Assembly (NCBI RefSeq): GCF_018977255.1
Contig: NW_024704743.1
Location: forward strand, 103,666,001-103,730,000
Length of the DNA stretch: 64,000 nt
Reading direction: 5' to 3'
Source: Callorhinchus milii
Taxonomy: Eukaryota
The translations under genes and the position numbers were made by a program. The notes under the pieces were generated by a model. That model worked only from the letters and a program-made list of their open reading frames with translations, had not been told where the DNA came from and searched no databases. Of this stretch, positions 1 to 11,490 are shown one piece after another; position 1 is the first letter of the stretch, and each line of letters begins with the position of its first letter.

Positions 1-277
1 ACAGGTATGCCTCCTTTATCCATCTCTTCCCTCTGCTCACTCTTCCCTGACAGCACATTAGATTTTGTGGTTAGTTAAAATTGACTGGAGCTTAATTGCT
101 TCATTGTTGGCAGTGAATAAATTCACTGAGTCCATAAGACATGGAAAATAAGAGATGCCTTGGCTGTCTTTCACCCACTGATGTTCCAGTTGATTGATTG
201 TCTGTGGTTTTCATCCAAATACTGGGACACGGGCTTGTAATCTCTGTAAAGGCCAAAACTCTGTACTTGTTCAGCAT
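1..277 (+). repeat. Near-identical direct copy of 21884-22161 (probable mis-scaffolded or haplotype duplicate)
   Basis: Base-by-base identity with 21884-22161 except one C in a homopolymer (TTCCCTC vs TTCCCCTC); ends exactly at the N gap. Confidence 0.95.
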
Positions 278-307
278 NNNNNNNNNNNNNNNNNNNNNNN
301 NNNNNNN
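278..307. other. Assembly gap (30 N)
   Basis: Run of N; single Ns also at 56337 and 59540 at ends of homopolymer runs. Confidence 1.
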
Positions 308-494
308 AGGGACCAGCGCATCACAGCGGAGGTCAACATGCGTAGTGGTTAAAGAGAAAGATCATCGAGCACTGTACGTTATCGAAGAGCTCGTGGAATC
401 TTAGAGATTTGTCTGCAGGTTTTTTTTCCAGCAGTTTTGCAGTGTCAACACTTTTTGAGCTCCATAAGATGAATGTCAGAGCCTAGTATAGATT

Positions 495-925
495 CCCTGG
501 GAAGATACCTGGAATGAGAGGATAATGATTATGAGGAAAGGCTTAAATATGAAGGCTTTATTCACTGGAGGAGACAAGATTAAGAGGGGAAATCTAAGAG
601 AGATTTTAAAAAATTATGACATGCGTATCAGAGGATAAATAGTGACAGATCATTTTCACTGATTGATGAATTGATAACTTTAACCGAGCAGTTTTTTGAA
701 GAATTTTTTGTACTGAGGTTCATTCTGATGGCCAACTTGCTAGCACAAGTGGCTGCTGAAGCTTGGAAATTACATTTAAAAGGGAAATTAGATCAACTCT
801 TAAAGAACAAAAATCTAAGGGGATGAGGAAAGAGTAGGGATTATAGATTCAATGGGGAGCGAGCATCCACTCAACAACTAGGCTGAATAACCTCCTGTGC
901 TGAAATATTTTATGATTCTATATTA
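495..925 (+). mobile_element. CR1 LINE, degraded ORF2 3' end and tail
   Basis: GATTATGAGGAAAGGCTT...CTTTATTCACTGGAG...AGATTAAGAGGGGA (YEERL..LYSLE.RRLRG-like) and CR1-type tail GGCTGAA..CCTCCTGTGCTG...TATGATTCTA. Confidence 0.75.
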
Positions 926-929
926 TAAA

Positions 930-1000
930 TGTCAGCCTGGCTCAGCCGGTAGTGCTCTTCCCTCTGAGTCATAAGGTTGTACATTGGGAATTTGAACTCA
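930..1000 (+). mobile_element. tRNA-derived SINE head (family A, Deu-type), truncated
   Basis: GTCAGCCTGGCTCAG..GGTAG...CTCTGAGTCA matches heads of full copies at 11491 and 52377. Confidence 0.7.
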
Positions 1001-1449
1001 CATCGTCCAATTGGCAGCTCGTGGGCGCCCTCCCCCCCGACCTCCATCTCATCTGGCACACCCACTCCTTCCATTACCCGTAAATGTTATGTTACGTTTC
1101 TAAAAGGAAACACAAAAATATTGCTTATGCAATGTTTCCCAAATAGGGCATCCGACTTTCAGCAGCTAAAGCAATGGACCACCCTGGTAGGCTGAAACTC
1201 CAATACATTGCTGGGGATGGGCTACATTGTTTGAGATGCTGTTGATACTGAACTAAACAATTTGCCAACTTCTAAACCCTTTGAAATGCTATGTAAACAG
1301 TGTAAATCTACACTTGTGAGGAATTTCTACCCACATCCACAGCTGATTTAAATTTCTTCTCAGAGAAATTGGTGGGTACAATTCTTTTGTTCAATAACTT
1401 ATGGAACCAATTACCAAGGGAGGGCTGTTGAGTTCAATACTGTATTATA

Positions 1450-1620
1450 AAATACAATACAAATTGACGTTTATATAGCACCTTTCACAGTTGAGAGGAC
1501 TTCCCAAAGTGCTTAATAGAACTGGCTGTGCATCCTAGATGAGGAGGAAAGCTGAGGGAAGGCAGAGGAAAGATGACTAAAAGTGTGGTCAAAGAGATGG
1601 AATTGAATAAGGTGAGAGAA
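1450..1620 (-). mobile_element. Old L2 3' tail fragment
   Basis: Reverse complement of the tail motif TGAAAGGTGCTATATAAA plus purine-rich 3' UTR stretch. Confidence 0.6.
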
Positions 1621-2285
1621 TGAGGTGAGAACAATTGTATTGAAATAAATTATATTTTAGTCTCTAGGCATTAGTTGTCCTATCAATTTCTCTATTATCA
1701 CATTTCAAAAATGGATTTAATTGACAAATTAATTCCATATATTCTTATTAACAATGAAAATACACTGAACTAATTCTGACTCAATACAAGGGTCTATCCT
1801 TGTTTTTTAATATATCGCCAGCGTAGCATTAAAAATGAACACAACAGTATTTTTAATTTGCTGTCTTGTTGATGATGTATCTTTTAGTATGGAACAGCAT
1901 CTGCCACCTGTCTTAGAGCTTAAGGTTTGTGTTAAGTTGGCCCAAATCTTGAAATTGCGTAACAAGTAAAGACCATAGATGATTTTGCACCCCGTTGCAT
2001 TAAACAGATCTATCTGCAAAGAGTAAATAGGTTGAAAGCAGGCATCACTCTCCGCTAATTGTATAACCATCCTACTGAAGCTGAAATCCATAATGAGTAT
2101 GTTTGTCTTAATACAATAGAAATAGAGAATGGGCAAATTTATGAATTGAAGTGACTGCATTTTCAGGTACCAACACAACAACAATTTAGGTAATGTAGTT
2201 TTGCTTGTGAAAGCACAGGGGCAAGTCAGCACAGTGAATGGGGAAAGAGAGTCAATGATCAGAAGGTTAAGGAGATACGGAAGAC

Positions 2286-2370
2286 GTCAGCCTGGCTCAG
2301 TTGGTTGCACTATCGCCGCTGAGTCAGAAATATGTGAGTTCAAGCTCACGCCAGAATTTTAAACTTATAG
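2286..2370 (+). mobile_element. SINE family A head
   Basis: GTCAGCCTGGCTCAGTTGG (A box)...GAGTTCAAGC (B box). Confidence 0.7.
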
Positions 2371-3194
2371 TGGGGGCTATCGAGAAGGAATTCGGGGAGA
2401 CTTCATCATTATAGGATTCCAAACCTTGAGTCAGCCGATAGATTGTTCTGTAGTGTTTACTGCGGCAGTACATAAATTTCAGATGTCCATAGGTTAATGA
2501 GTCACATAAAGAACTTGGATAATGTGCATTAGGTTTTATTACAGGCAGCAATTATCTGCATATTGATGGAATGGAATCTTTTCCTGATATAAAAAAAAGC
2601 AATAATGTTTTTGGCTTTATGGGTGCAGTACATCGCTTAATGTACTCTCAGAAACTAGGTACTTGTCCAAGTCACTCTAGTTGTTGTTGTCAGGTTTTAT
2701 CAAATAAAATAAATGTCAATGTTCAATGGAACAAATGATGAATTGCTTATTAGTAATAATATGGTAACAATGAAGGCCAGTATCTGGGACACAGCTGTTC
2801 TTGTGGTTCCTTGACAGCTCTCCATCATTTAAACATTCAGGTGATGGTGATTATGTTAGGCACTGGAATTATAAGGAGGGAATATGGCTACCCTGTTAAC
2901 CTATAACAAGGTACACAATTCAGTCACAGTTTATGGAGACAGACACAGTCCCCAGAGGCAGTAGAATTCCTTATCATTCTCAGGCATGATACATAATTAC
3001 AATAGACCTTGTGAATGGGGTACAACAATTTACATTTATACAGCACTTTTCAAATCAAAATATCTCAAAGCTCTTCACACGACTGACCAAGAACTTGAAC
3101 TTGATGGTGGGGGTGGAGGGGAGCTAAGGAGGAGTGGGGGTGAGGTGGGGAGGTGACTGAAAGACAGCTATAGAAGGCCCAAAAGCAAAATAAT

Positions 3195-3400
3195 CTTTGT
3201 ATTTATATACGGCATCTGGAGTAGATCTCAAAGCACTTCATAAATTTACTGTGAAATGTAGTGACTGTGAATTTGTATATAACTGTGTACATCTAGTTGA
3301 ACACAGTAGTCAATTTACACACAGCAATGTTCCATAGATGGCCATGAAATGATTGACCATTTTTATCTGGTCATTGTTGCCCAGAAATCCCCTTCTTGCT
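3195..3400 (-). mobile_element. SINE family A, Deu/tail fragment
   Basis: CTCAAAGCACTTCA...GTAGTGACTG...CACAGCAATGTTCCA...GCCATGAA on + is the reversed 3' half of family A. Confidence 0.6.
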
Positions 3401-3699
3401 AGCTGCTTGAAAGTAACTGAATAAAATAAATATAAATTTATAAAAAAAGGAATATGAATATTATAGTGAAGTTAGCTTGACCTCCCTATCGGTTTCCCAC
3501 TTGTCCACTAGGCAGTACCAATGATGCATTCAGACTGAAGAAGCAGCCAGACTGTCAGAGATACTGCAAGAAAATTCAATGACTTAAAAAAAACTGTCAT
3601 AAATATACAAAGGAAATACAAAGAGGCTGATTTCATTCAATTACAAATGTCATCATCAATTTGAATTCCAAGATATCTAAAATGAGCCTGCAGTTTAAA

Positions 3700-4330
3700 A
3701 AAAACTTGCATGTGTTTGGTGCGGTTGCTGACTAGAGGATTTCTTTTCAGATGCAGAATTCCTTTTGCTGCTCTGTGCAAAACGCGCAGGGTGCAAATGT
3801 ACTGCAGCATTTGCAAATGCCTTTCGTGTTTCGAACAGTTAAATACAATCCCAACTGCTGACTATAATTTACCTGAGTTAAAAAAAAAAGTTCTTTCTTT
3901 GTTTCTTTGTCCCTGTGCTTCCTGTGGTGTTGCTAGGTTTGTTGTGCAAGACAAAAAGACTTCTAGCGGGGAATCCAGTTTTATTGGCTGTTATAACTGT
4001 TGCTGAGTCAGATGAAGTCAAACTACCTCTTTATTTGAATCATGTGTGCTGACAGCTCACGGTCACATTACCATGAACCATAAAAAATAATCCTAGTTTT
4101 CTCACAGACACATCCCTTCCACCCCCTCCTTCTCCAAAAATGGTATATGGAATCTTATTCATGCAGAGCACTGACATTTAAATGAGACAAAATAACGCAA
4201 TTACTGTTTCATTCTGACATTGCAAATTAAACACGGTCATGCAAGCAAAGATTTAAGGATCTGCGATTTGATTTCTGTCAAGGTTTCTTCTGTCCACCCA
4301 ATAAGGACCATTGTAAAAGTTATTTAGATT
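3700..4330. promoter_or_regulatory. Candidate enhancer/promoter (non-repeat, CpG retained)
   Basis: Perfect ARE/MARE-type TGCTGAGTCA at 4001-4010, inverted CCAAT (ATTGG 3983), 14 bp palindrome GCATTTGCAAATGC 3807-3820, more CpG than flanks. Confidence 0.3.
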
Positions 4331-4363
4331 CTCGTTGGATCACATGAACATTTGCAGTGTAAT

Positions 4364-4585
4364 AAAAACAGAGAGAGCTGCGGAAATTTACCATCTATGG
4401 AGAAAGGAAAGTGGGTCAACGTTTCGGGTCCACGACTCTTCGACCCTTGCATTCTGACGAAGGGTCGTGGACCCGAAACATTGACTCACTTTCCTTTCTC
4501 CATAGATGCCGCCTAACCTGCTGAGTTTTCCCAGCTCTCTCTGCTTTGGTTTCAGATTTCCAGCATCTGCAGTATTTTGTATTTC
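4364..4585. mobile_element. Penelope-like element-derived palindromic repeat with hammerhead-like core
   Basis: Inverted arms 4392-4442 and 4458-4508, outer arms ~4365-4390 and ~4522-4547; CTGACGA-AGGGTC-GTG-GACCC-GAAAC at 4454-4479. Confidence 0.75.
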
Positions 4586-6194
4586 GTTAACATTTATAGT
4601 GTGTTTTTTATGGTGCCCATCCCTTTTCTGGTTACTGCGTTCATTATCACAGTGTTTGCAACTACAGAATTTTTGAATTAATTTCATCGTATAAATATTC
4701 CCGAATGCATTTTTTCTTCAGCATATTTTCCTGGATTCAAGACAGAATAATGCAATTTAATGGTACAGTTACACTGCTAGGAATGAAGCAGCTTTGTTTC
4801 GGGTAGTGATGTGGACTACTTACACTGCTCACTCCACATTGCTTTCAGTCAGGCTGGAAAACAAACATACAGTTTTAACATTCAGTACATTGCACTCCTT
4901 GCTTCATTAATAACCTTAAAAGTGTTCCATTCAGCATTTCTGGGCTTTGAATGGGGCTCAGGGGAGTGAGTGCATTCTATTTGCCTTAATTAATCCTTCT
5001 AATCTGATTTATTCCCAGTGAATCTTCCCCATGATCTTCCCAGGTGGTATTTGGAAGCTCTCAGTGACTGAAAAATTAAAGGACAGATATCACCTTCAGA
5101 GCCCATGGTAGTGCAATGGATAAGGTTCACTGGACATTATTTGCCTTCAAGTGGCATATATGTTAAATCTAACTCACCTATGCATTGCTTTTTGATTATT
5201 AAAAGTACTGAGTTTGAAGACACTTGGTGACATTTTTTTTTCTAGCTTCATTGGATCACCAGAGAACCAGAGAATCCCACTTGCTTGTAACATCATCACT
5301 GGTGGCACCTGACCCCACAGAGCCAGCTTGGCTAATTTAGTAGTGCTCCTGTCTCTGAGTCAGTAATGAGTCTTTGAATATAAATTGAGTCTGGAAGAGA
5401 ATCTTATTCTCTGCCAGATTCACTTTTAATCTCTTCCAGACTCTTCCAGTGCTTGAAGACATTAACCTGCTTGAAAGGCGCTACATAAATGCAAGTTGTC
5501 GTTCTTTGTGTCGTCCGTGTGATTTTCAAAATCACTGGTCTCAACAAAGCAGAAGCCAATCAGAGAGCGTGCATTCCATTTCAAGCCGCAGGAATTTCAT
5601 GTGTAAGTGGCATATGTGGAACCCAGTAAGGTTTTGATACTTTTAAGCATGGTTTCCGCATGTGTCAAACACCCGGCTGACCAATAAAGGTGTCAGAATA
5701 CTAAGTTACTTGAATGAGCCAATTGACTGTAATAATGGTGGTAGATCTACTAATCCAGCTGTACAGTGGAGTATTTGTGGATCATAAACAAGGAAGTAGA
5801 ACAGTCCCAATGGCCAGTAGACATATGTATGTGTTTGTGTGATTGGATACAGATGCACATGTGGGTAGCTGGAGAAAATTATAATATATGGGGTAAACAG
5901 GAGCATGTAATATTAGGTATTACTGATTTTAGTGATAATCACTGACTGCTTTTGCCTGCATTTTTGATCGTTAATTATTTTTTGCCAGATGGGTGCCAGC
6001 CAGGTATAAGCGAAAGAGTATGCAAACCAAACTGAGAGTTCCGCATTTGTTTGTCAGCTACAGGAAATTTCCCTTTCTTTGGAATGGAATGTTTATTCTG
6101 TTCCTGGAGCAAGCTTTCCCACCATTAGGGCTTGACTTGCAGGTTAATGGGAGCTGAGTGGAAAGTATTCCTGTTCTCAGTGATCAGTCTGCTT

Positions 6195-6427
6195 ATCCCC
6201 CAGTGCCTTCGCCTTGCATCCTCCCTTTCCTCCTTCAAGGCCGATCTCAAGACCTTTCTCTTTGACCGTGCCTTCAGCTCCCTTTTCGACTCTCTACCCC
6301 CTCCTCGCTCCCTCCCTTCCCTCCCCTCACCATTTCCCCCTGCTCGGGTCCTGACCCAACTGTACAGCGCCTTGGGACGTCCTCCCGACGTGAAAGGCGC
6401 TCTATAAATGGAATCTTGTTGTTGTTG
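6195..6427 (+). mobile_element. L2 LINE 3' end (young-looking)
   Basis: Encodes SSLSSFKADLKTFLFDRAF (L2 ORF2 C-terminus), tail stem-loop 6366-6401, (TTG)n end. Confidence 0.9.
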
Positions 6428-6439
6428 CCTCTCCAAGAT

Positions 6440-6595
6440 TTTGCTGATGATCTTGGTTGGCTGGTCTGTCAGCGGCAGTGCCGTGGAGTGCCCACGTGGA
6501 TCAGAAACTGGACTACCAAGACCGCTACAGAGGGTTGATTTGATTCCAAGGAAACCCAGCTTACCCTCTGCCACTCCCCAAAGGGTAGACACTAT
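6440..6595 (-). mobile_element. Old interspersed repeat, LF-SINE-like family copy 1
   Basis: Aligns by eye with 9780-9990, 26940-27135 and 61228-61420 (core AG(G/A)AACTGGACTAC..AGACC.C.ACAGA.GG). Confidence 0.55.
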
Positions 6596-6714
6596 GAAAT
6601 AATTATTACCTGTATTAATATCATATCAATGTGTACCTGGCTTTGCATGTTATGTGTACACTGAACAAATAAAGAAATATGTGTTGTGATTCATCATTGC
6701 ATTTCTTTCATTAT

Positions 6715-6870
6715 TCATAGTCTTAATAGATATACACAGAGGGAGAGAGGATAGAAGGGTATGGGAAGGAATAAGAAGTTTGTGGAAAAAGGAGTACATG
6801 TGGAGTACAAATACTGGCAAAGATTAGTTTGGCCGAATGGCTGAATGCTGAAAATTCTATGCAAGATTAT
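6715..6870 (+). mobile_element. CR1 3' tail
   Basis: TAGATATACAC...GGATAGAAGGGTATGG...TTGGCCGAATGGCTG...GCTGAAAATTCTATG. Confidence 0.65.
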
Positions 6871-7484
6871 GTAATAGCAGGCAGATAAAAGAGTCGGTAG
6901 TGCCTCAAAGTGTACCAGGCAGAGATAGACACAGCTGTGACATATTATGTGATGCCAGCTGATATTTTCTGAAATTTGATTGAGCAACAATAATGGATCA
7001 CTACATGTCATAAAGTTGATGCCATTTCTTTGTAAAAACTGATGTAAAGTGTTGCATGGTGGCAATACTAGTTGGTAAAGATTAACATTATCTGTGATTA
7101 ATATAATTCAAGGTGAAGTGCATACGGAATACCTTACTTCTAAAAGTGTTCTGGCCTCGATTAATCACAAATGAGGTAACTTCTAAATGATTATTGCTCA
7201 CAAGGCAATGATGATAATATTACACCAGAGTTAAATGGCATTCAATTCTCAAATACAATGACATTAACCTTGACATTTATGATCCATCTCATGGTTTTGG
7301 AGGTCCAGGATGCATTCAGATTGCTGCACCTCTGTAAGACTGATGGCATGAGCTTGCACATTTTAAACTGCGTTGCTTAGGGTGATACAATTTCACGATA
7401 TTAAAAATAAATCTGTCAGTAATTCCTACTTTTCACCTCTTTTTAAAAATGTCAGCAGTGATTTCCCATATTTTTCTTATGTGT

Positions 7485-7706
7485 TTAGGCCAAAGACATT
7501 ATCCTACATATAAAGATTATATGGAATTTGGAAATTTTGTAAATCATTTTTAAATTCAGGTCTTACTTTGTAGGTGATTTACCACAGTGCAGTAAACACA
7601 CTGAAAAATCAGCTTCTAAATTAAAACTAATATAAGACTATTTTCCAAAATTCCACATAATCTTAAATTTTAAGGCAATGATCTTAAGCCTAAGTAATTT
7701 CAGCCC
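7485..7706. mobile_element. Palindromic MITE-like element
   Basis: TTAGGCCAAAGACATTATCCTACATATAAAGATTATATGGAATTTGGAAA (7485 on) is the imperfect reverse complement of TTTTCCAAAATTCCACATAATCTTAAATTTTAAGGCAATGATCTTAAGCCTAA (~7640-7693); ends AATTTCAGCCCC. Confidence 0.6.
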
Positions 7707-8344
7707 CACCCCCATCCTCCCCAGATATTTTTCAGGGGAAATGCTTTACATGTCTGTTTCAAGAGCGTGTTGTAGCATGTCCTCTTGTCTCTTTAATTAT
7801 TTAAAATCAATTAGCCTGTCTGTGTCTATATGTCTAACATAATTCAAAACACTGCATTCATTATAATGTGCAAGGAAAATACATTACAGTTCAGGAAACC
7901 TGTGGTTGGTTGGCACCATGTGTTGCACATGATCATTTCACCTCTGGGATTTGGGTTCAATTCACGCTGACAGTGATTTAAAATCGGTTCCAGCATTAAA
8001 GTGATCTGGAGCAGTGAGTATCTTCTATATATGATTGGGGAGAGCCCTACATTCATCGAACCGGCTGGTTAGCTTTTAATGTTATTCAAGTATGCCTGAA
8101 AAATATCACCAAATCACTAAATCTTTAAAAACATCAGAAATGGGCCCACATACGTTACCTCCCACCTCAAATATTTAACTGGTCGATATTTTAGCATAGT
8201 CTGAATCGATTCACGAAATATCTATTTGTGCTACCAATATTAATATTTCTTAATCCTTGCATTTGCTACAGAACTTTACCACATTGTTACCGATTATAAC
8301 ACCCCATGGTCTCAGTTTTGAAAGAAAAGACTTTTTCTAAACTC

Positions 8345-8655
8345 ACAGATGTGGAGTTTAAATCACAGTTGAGAGTTGAACAGGACACCAAGGTTCCTCA
8401 CTGGCTCCATGAGGTGGAGTGTGTATCCATGTAGATTAACGCTGTCAGTGCCTGAGTGAGGAGCCAAGCAGGAAAACCTTGACTGTCTTGTTGACATTCA
8501 AATTAAGAAAGTTAGCTCTCATCAAGGACTTCATATCTGACAAGCAATCAGTCACAATAGCAGTGATCCTTGAGGCAGAGAGAGAGAGTGGCGGGTGTCA
8601 TCTGTATACATGTGAAATATAGTGACTGCGTATTTGCATGCGCCATGATATTGGC
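8345..8655 (-). mobile_element. L2 LINE reverse transcriptase fragment
   Basis: Minus strand reads HMYTDDT (YADD motif) and TLHLMEPVRNLGVLFNSQL with stops/frameshifts. Confidence 0.8.
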
Positions 8656-9364
8656 TGTTGTGAGAAAGTTAAAATCTTGTCTGCTACAGTGGGGATACTT
8701 CACAGATTTTTGCTTGAAACACATTGTGGCAACACCAAGAATACACAGTGCAAGTTTACTCTGTTTCTAATTGTGTTTCATCTGACTCAGACATATTTCA
8801 GAAATCTGAAGATAATTGATGTTGTTTCCACCTTCAGAGTGTGTTTGGAACATAGAACGTTTTGCTCTAAGTGGCCACTGAAGCTAAGACCAGAAAGTTT
8901 CAAGCGACTTTGATACATATTTGAAGATATAAAAGGGCAAGGGGAAAAAAATAGGGAATTTGAATTTGAGTGGCTAATCTGGTGGAGGAGCTGGCATCAG
9001 TTTAAGCCTGTTGAGCCAAAAAGCCTCCTACACTATCATTCCTATTACATAATTCCACCTCAGCCTCTGTGTTGGTTCCAGCAACAATGATGCATATTGT
9101 GGGTAGCAGTGTTGTAAGTTGCATGGAGTGAAGCTGGAGGTATCTGTTGCCTGCAGTGTATCATGCAATTTCAGAAAAACATTCCCAATGCTAATAGTGA
9201 GGCTTGTGGAACAAACAGCAAAAGTCCAACACTCAGACTTACCCAGGTTACTGCTCTTTGAAATAAATGTTTTCTGACTAATGGTGCATTACGCTTTGAA
9301 GGCCACAACAAATGATCGAGTTGAGCTGGTATTATAATGATATTCCTTGCATTTGGAATTATTA

Positions 9365-9537
9365 CACCGGGAAAAGCGATCCGCCAACTGACTAACAAAC
9401 AGATTTCTACTTACTGCTAGGTAAACAGAGGCATGTGGAGTAAGGTAACTTGCCCAACATTTCGCCCTGCCGGGAACCTAACCCAAGTGTCTCGGTTGTG
9501 AGGCGAGTGCTCTAATCACTGAGCTACAGAACTCCAC
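9365..9537 (-). mobile_element. SINE family B, head plus middle domain (tail largely missing)
   Basis: Reverse complement matches 29527-29700. Confidence 0.85.
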
Positions 9538-9609
9538 GCATTCTGCGAAGCAGCATTGAAGCTCCATTCTCGATGATCAGAATTGTTTTGGTTTGGTCAG
9601 CCTTGAATA

Positions 9610-9990
9610 CCCTGTTAGGCCCACCTACCTGTTAGAGCTTAGGAGTATAGCTGGGTTTCTGACATATGCAGAAACCCATCACCATGCTTAAGAGTATCCA
9701 AACCAAGCTGACAATTGTAATGCTTTGGCTTGCAGTGTTAACAGAAGCTGAGTGGGATGATTACCTGCTCCCAATGAATGGTCTGCCCTTCCAGGTCCTC
9801 CCAATGAGCCAGGCTGGCTGTTCTGTCATCAGCAATGCCCTGATTTACTGCGGACCAGCCTAGCTCAGGAAATAGACTACCAAGACCATCACAGAGGGCT
9901 GACTCAATTCTGGCATTCCATTGCCAGACATGTCACCTTGGAGCCAGGTCAGCTCCAAGGAGAACCCGCTTACCTCCTCCCCAAGCAGTA
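9610..9990 (-). mobile_element. LF-SINE-like family copy 2 (longest)
   Basis: Shares core with other copies; its 9650-9710 segment also matches 5630-5690 and 48045-48110 in opposite orientation. Confidence 0.55.
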
Positions 9991-10189
9991 TAGTCACTGG
10001 TTGATCATTCGACATCTGACAAGCATGGGTTTTAGCCCTCAATAGGTGGATGGTAGTTACCAGAAACTCCCTGCAAACTTTTCTGCGGGCCACGCAGCTC
10101 AGAACGAAATGGTAAGAGCATTGCCACCATCTTCAAACATTTATGTAATGGTGGGAGTGTAAACAGACACGACCATAAAATGTGAAACA

Positions 10190-10420
10190 AAAATGGTTTT
10201 ATATATGGGGTATTGCAAACAAAAGCAGGTAAGTATTGTTAACTGTATAAAAGATGGGTTGCAGGTAGAGGAATGTATCCAGTTCTAGGCACCTCATTCT
10301 AGAAAGGACAGCCTGACAAGGAGACAATACAGTGGAGATTTCACTGGATGATGCCAGGTGTGAGAGTTTATAAATATGTAAAGTGACTGGAAAAGTTTCA
10401 CTATTTGTTGGAGGGTTACA
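10190..10420 (+). mobile_element. CR1 ORF2 fragment, highly degraded
   Basis: AACTGTATAAAAG...GAATGTATCCAGTTCTAGGCACCTCATTCTAGAAAGGA (LEYCVQFWAPHFRKD-like). Confidence 0.6.
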
Positions 10421-11490
10421 AGGGGTGGTGTGGAACAATAACACAATTCACACTGCGTTCTTTATCTCACCTGCAATAATGGCGGTGATCCTGGGCATAT
10501 GTCAAGGATTTAGGAACATAGGAACAATAGTAGGCTGCCAAGTCTTATCCAGAGGGAAAGGGGAAATAAAGAAGGGAAAAAACATCTGTTTCTACTCTTG
10601 TGTGCCATCTAGTGGACATATACAAGAGCATCAGCAGAGGCTTGAGAGCAGATAGAGTGTTTGCGCTCCACATTATGGTAATGGTGACCCACGAGGACCT
10701 TAAGAGAAGAGGAGAAAAATATATTAAAAAGATTTAAGGTAATCATTGAAATAAAATGCACAGTTATCTATAATGTATAATTATGCATTTTATTTCAGTG
10801 GTTACAATAAATGGTATGATGGTGTCATTCCATCTTAAACCCTTTTTGAGTAAATGATAATAGATGTTATCACTTTTTCCTTGTCTGGTGCATATGGTCC
10901 ACATACACTAGAAAGACAAACTTTGCATCTTGCGACATTGTTTGATAGCAATGAGGCTGAAAAAGCAAAACAACAGTATAAAAAGGGTTTTCTCCTGCTG
11001 GAAAAAGAGCCTGAGGAAAAACTATTGGACCAGACACTTGGAAAATTCTCAGTTCTTCAAAATGGTGCCATGGGATTATTAATGTCCACCAGAGCAGACA
11101 GACTGAACTTCAATTTAACCCCTTATGAAGAAACGGCATATCCAACAATAAAGTCCTGCACTGAAGTCTCAGCCTAGATTTTAACTCAAATGTCAGTCAT
11201 ATGAAATTCCTGTCAATCAAATAAAATTCATGATTATTTATCAGACTCAGTAACACTAAACCACACAAACCACACTCAGCCCAATCCCTTCTGAGTATGC
11301 TGGTGAGGGAAAAAAACATCAGCATATCATCTGCTAGTAGTAAAATGAGCAAATAAGATAAATATAAATAAATAAGATAAAATAAGATCTTGGAAGGTGG
11401 GATGTCCTTTCGACGTGAAAGGCGCTATACAAATGTAATCTTGTTATTGTTGTTGTAACTAAAGGAACATAGCAGTACTGAATTCAGGAT

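Noticed and set aside
1807..2232. 141 aa minus-strand ORF
   Set aside because: Non-ATG start, no recognisable domain, no convincing splice sites
3105..3155. G-quadruplex-like G tracts
   Set aside because: Explained by the purine-rich antisense strand of an L2 3' UTR, common to many copies here
10046..10111. Possible 66 nt exon VDGSYQKLPANFSAGHAAQNEM with ATG|GTAAGA donor
   Set aside because: Weak polypyrimidine tract, lies between two repeats, peptide unrecognised
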